DNA of 44,443 nucleotides from Burkholderiales bacterium (GTDB lineage: Bacteria > Pseudomonadota > Gammaproteobacteria > Burkholderiales > SG8-39), in assembly GCA_036006885.1 (NCBI GenBank), contig DASYPG010000622.1:1-44443 (forward strand), read 5' to 3'. This document shows, in pieces, positions 44,175-44,443 of the stretch. Position 1 is the stretch's first letter; each line of letters begins with the position of its first letter. Below the pieces are notes generated by a model. The model was not told where the DNA came from. It did no database searches and saw nothing but the letters and a program-made list of their open reading frames with translations. The translations under genes and the position numbers were made by a program.

Positions 44175-44443
44175 TTCTTGTAGGCCGGGCGGGCGGCGTA
44201 GACCGCCTCGACGATGTTCACGTGGCCGGTGCAGCGGCAGATGTTGCCCGAGAGCACGTCGCGGATCCGGTCCTTGTCGGCGTCGGGCTCCTCGGTGAGG
44301 AGCGCGTGCGCGGTCATGAGCATACCGGGGGTGCAGAAGCCGCACTGCAGCGCGTGGTGCTTGCGGAACGAGGCCTGCAGCGGCGTGAGGTCCTTGTCGT
44401 TGGAAATTCCTTCGACGGTGGTGACCTTCGCGTCCTCGGCCTG
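44171..44443 (-). CDS. [2Fe-2S]-binding small subunit of a molybdenum hydroxylase (CoxS-like), 3' part only (5' end outside the window)
   Basis: The reverse translation reads ...VTTVEGISNDKDLTPLQASFRKHHALQCGFCTPGMLMTAHALL...LSGNICRCTGHVNIVEAVYAARPAYKK, then stops. Confidence 0.85.
   Translation of the reverse strand, partial: QAEDAKVTTVEGISNDKDLTPLQASFRKHHALQCGFCTPGMLMTAHALLTEEPDADKDRIRDVLSGNICRCTGHVNIVEAVYAARPAYKK

Overview
High-GC (about two-thirds G+C by eye) bacterial chromosomal window. It is probably from a proteobacterium: a Bug-family binding protein and several TRAP components fit Burkholderiales-like genomes, but this is inference only. I found no rRNA, tRNA, CRISPR array, transposase, integrase or phage genes. 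Genes are tightly packed, and many junctions are translationally coupled 4-nt overlaps (ATGA, GTGA, and one CTGA). Positions 1-16.3 kb hold mixed housekeeping and envelope genes: a typA 3' end, an orphan prkA, an amine oxidase, a Bug binding protein, an exported methyltransferase, an ABC-2/GldG/DUF4340 operon, a tail-anchored ACT protein, DUF2721, an EF-G paralogue plus hydrolase, two small secreted proteins, a SulP remnant and two GlcG/DUF336 genes. Positions 16.4-44.4 kb form one large catabolic island. It contains a four-component Rieske oxygenase, a mono-cupin and four full-length CoxL/xanthine-dehydrogenase-family molybdenum-hydroxylase large subunits: one orphan inside the Rieske operon, one in an L-M-S(CoxG) operon, and two tandem paralogues behind a 2Fe-2S subunit. 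It also contains a LigB-LigA-type extradiol dioxygenase, a complete TRAP transporter, an extra Tat-dependent TRAP binding protein, a MarR regulator, four putative C-N-bond hydrolases or related proteins (amidohydrolase, amidase-signature enzyme, PuuE-like deacetylase, DUF1989), an aspartate-dehydrogenase-like protein and a zeta-GST isomerase. The gene content suggests degradation of a nitrogen-containing (hetero)aromatic acid, but I do not recognise the combination as a described pathway. The window also carries three deletion scars (SulP, an ABC binding-protein/permease fusion, a TPP-enzyme stub) and two genes whose conserved N-termini lie upstream of any ATG/GTG/TTG. All functions are inferred by eye from motifs in the supplied translations. 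No database search was run.
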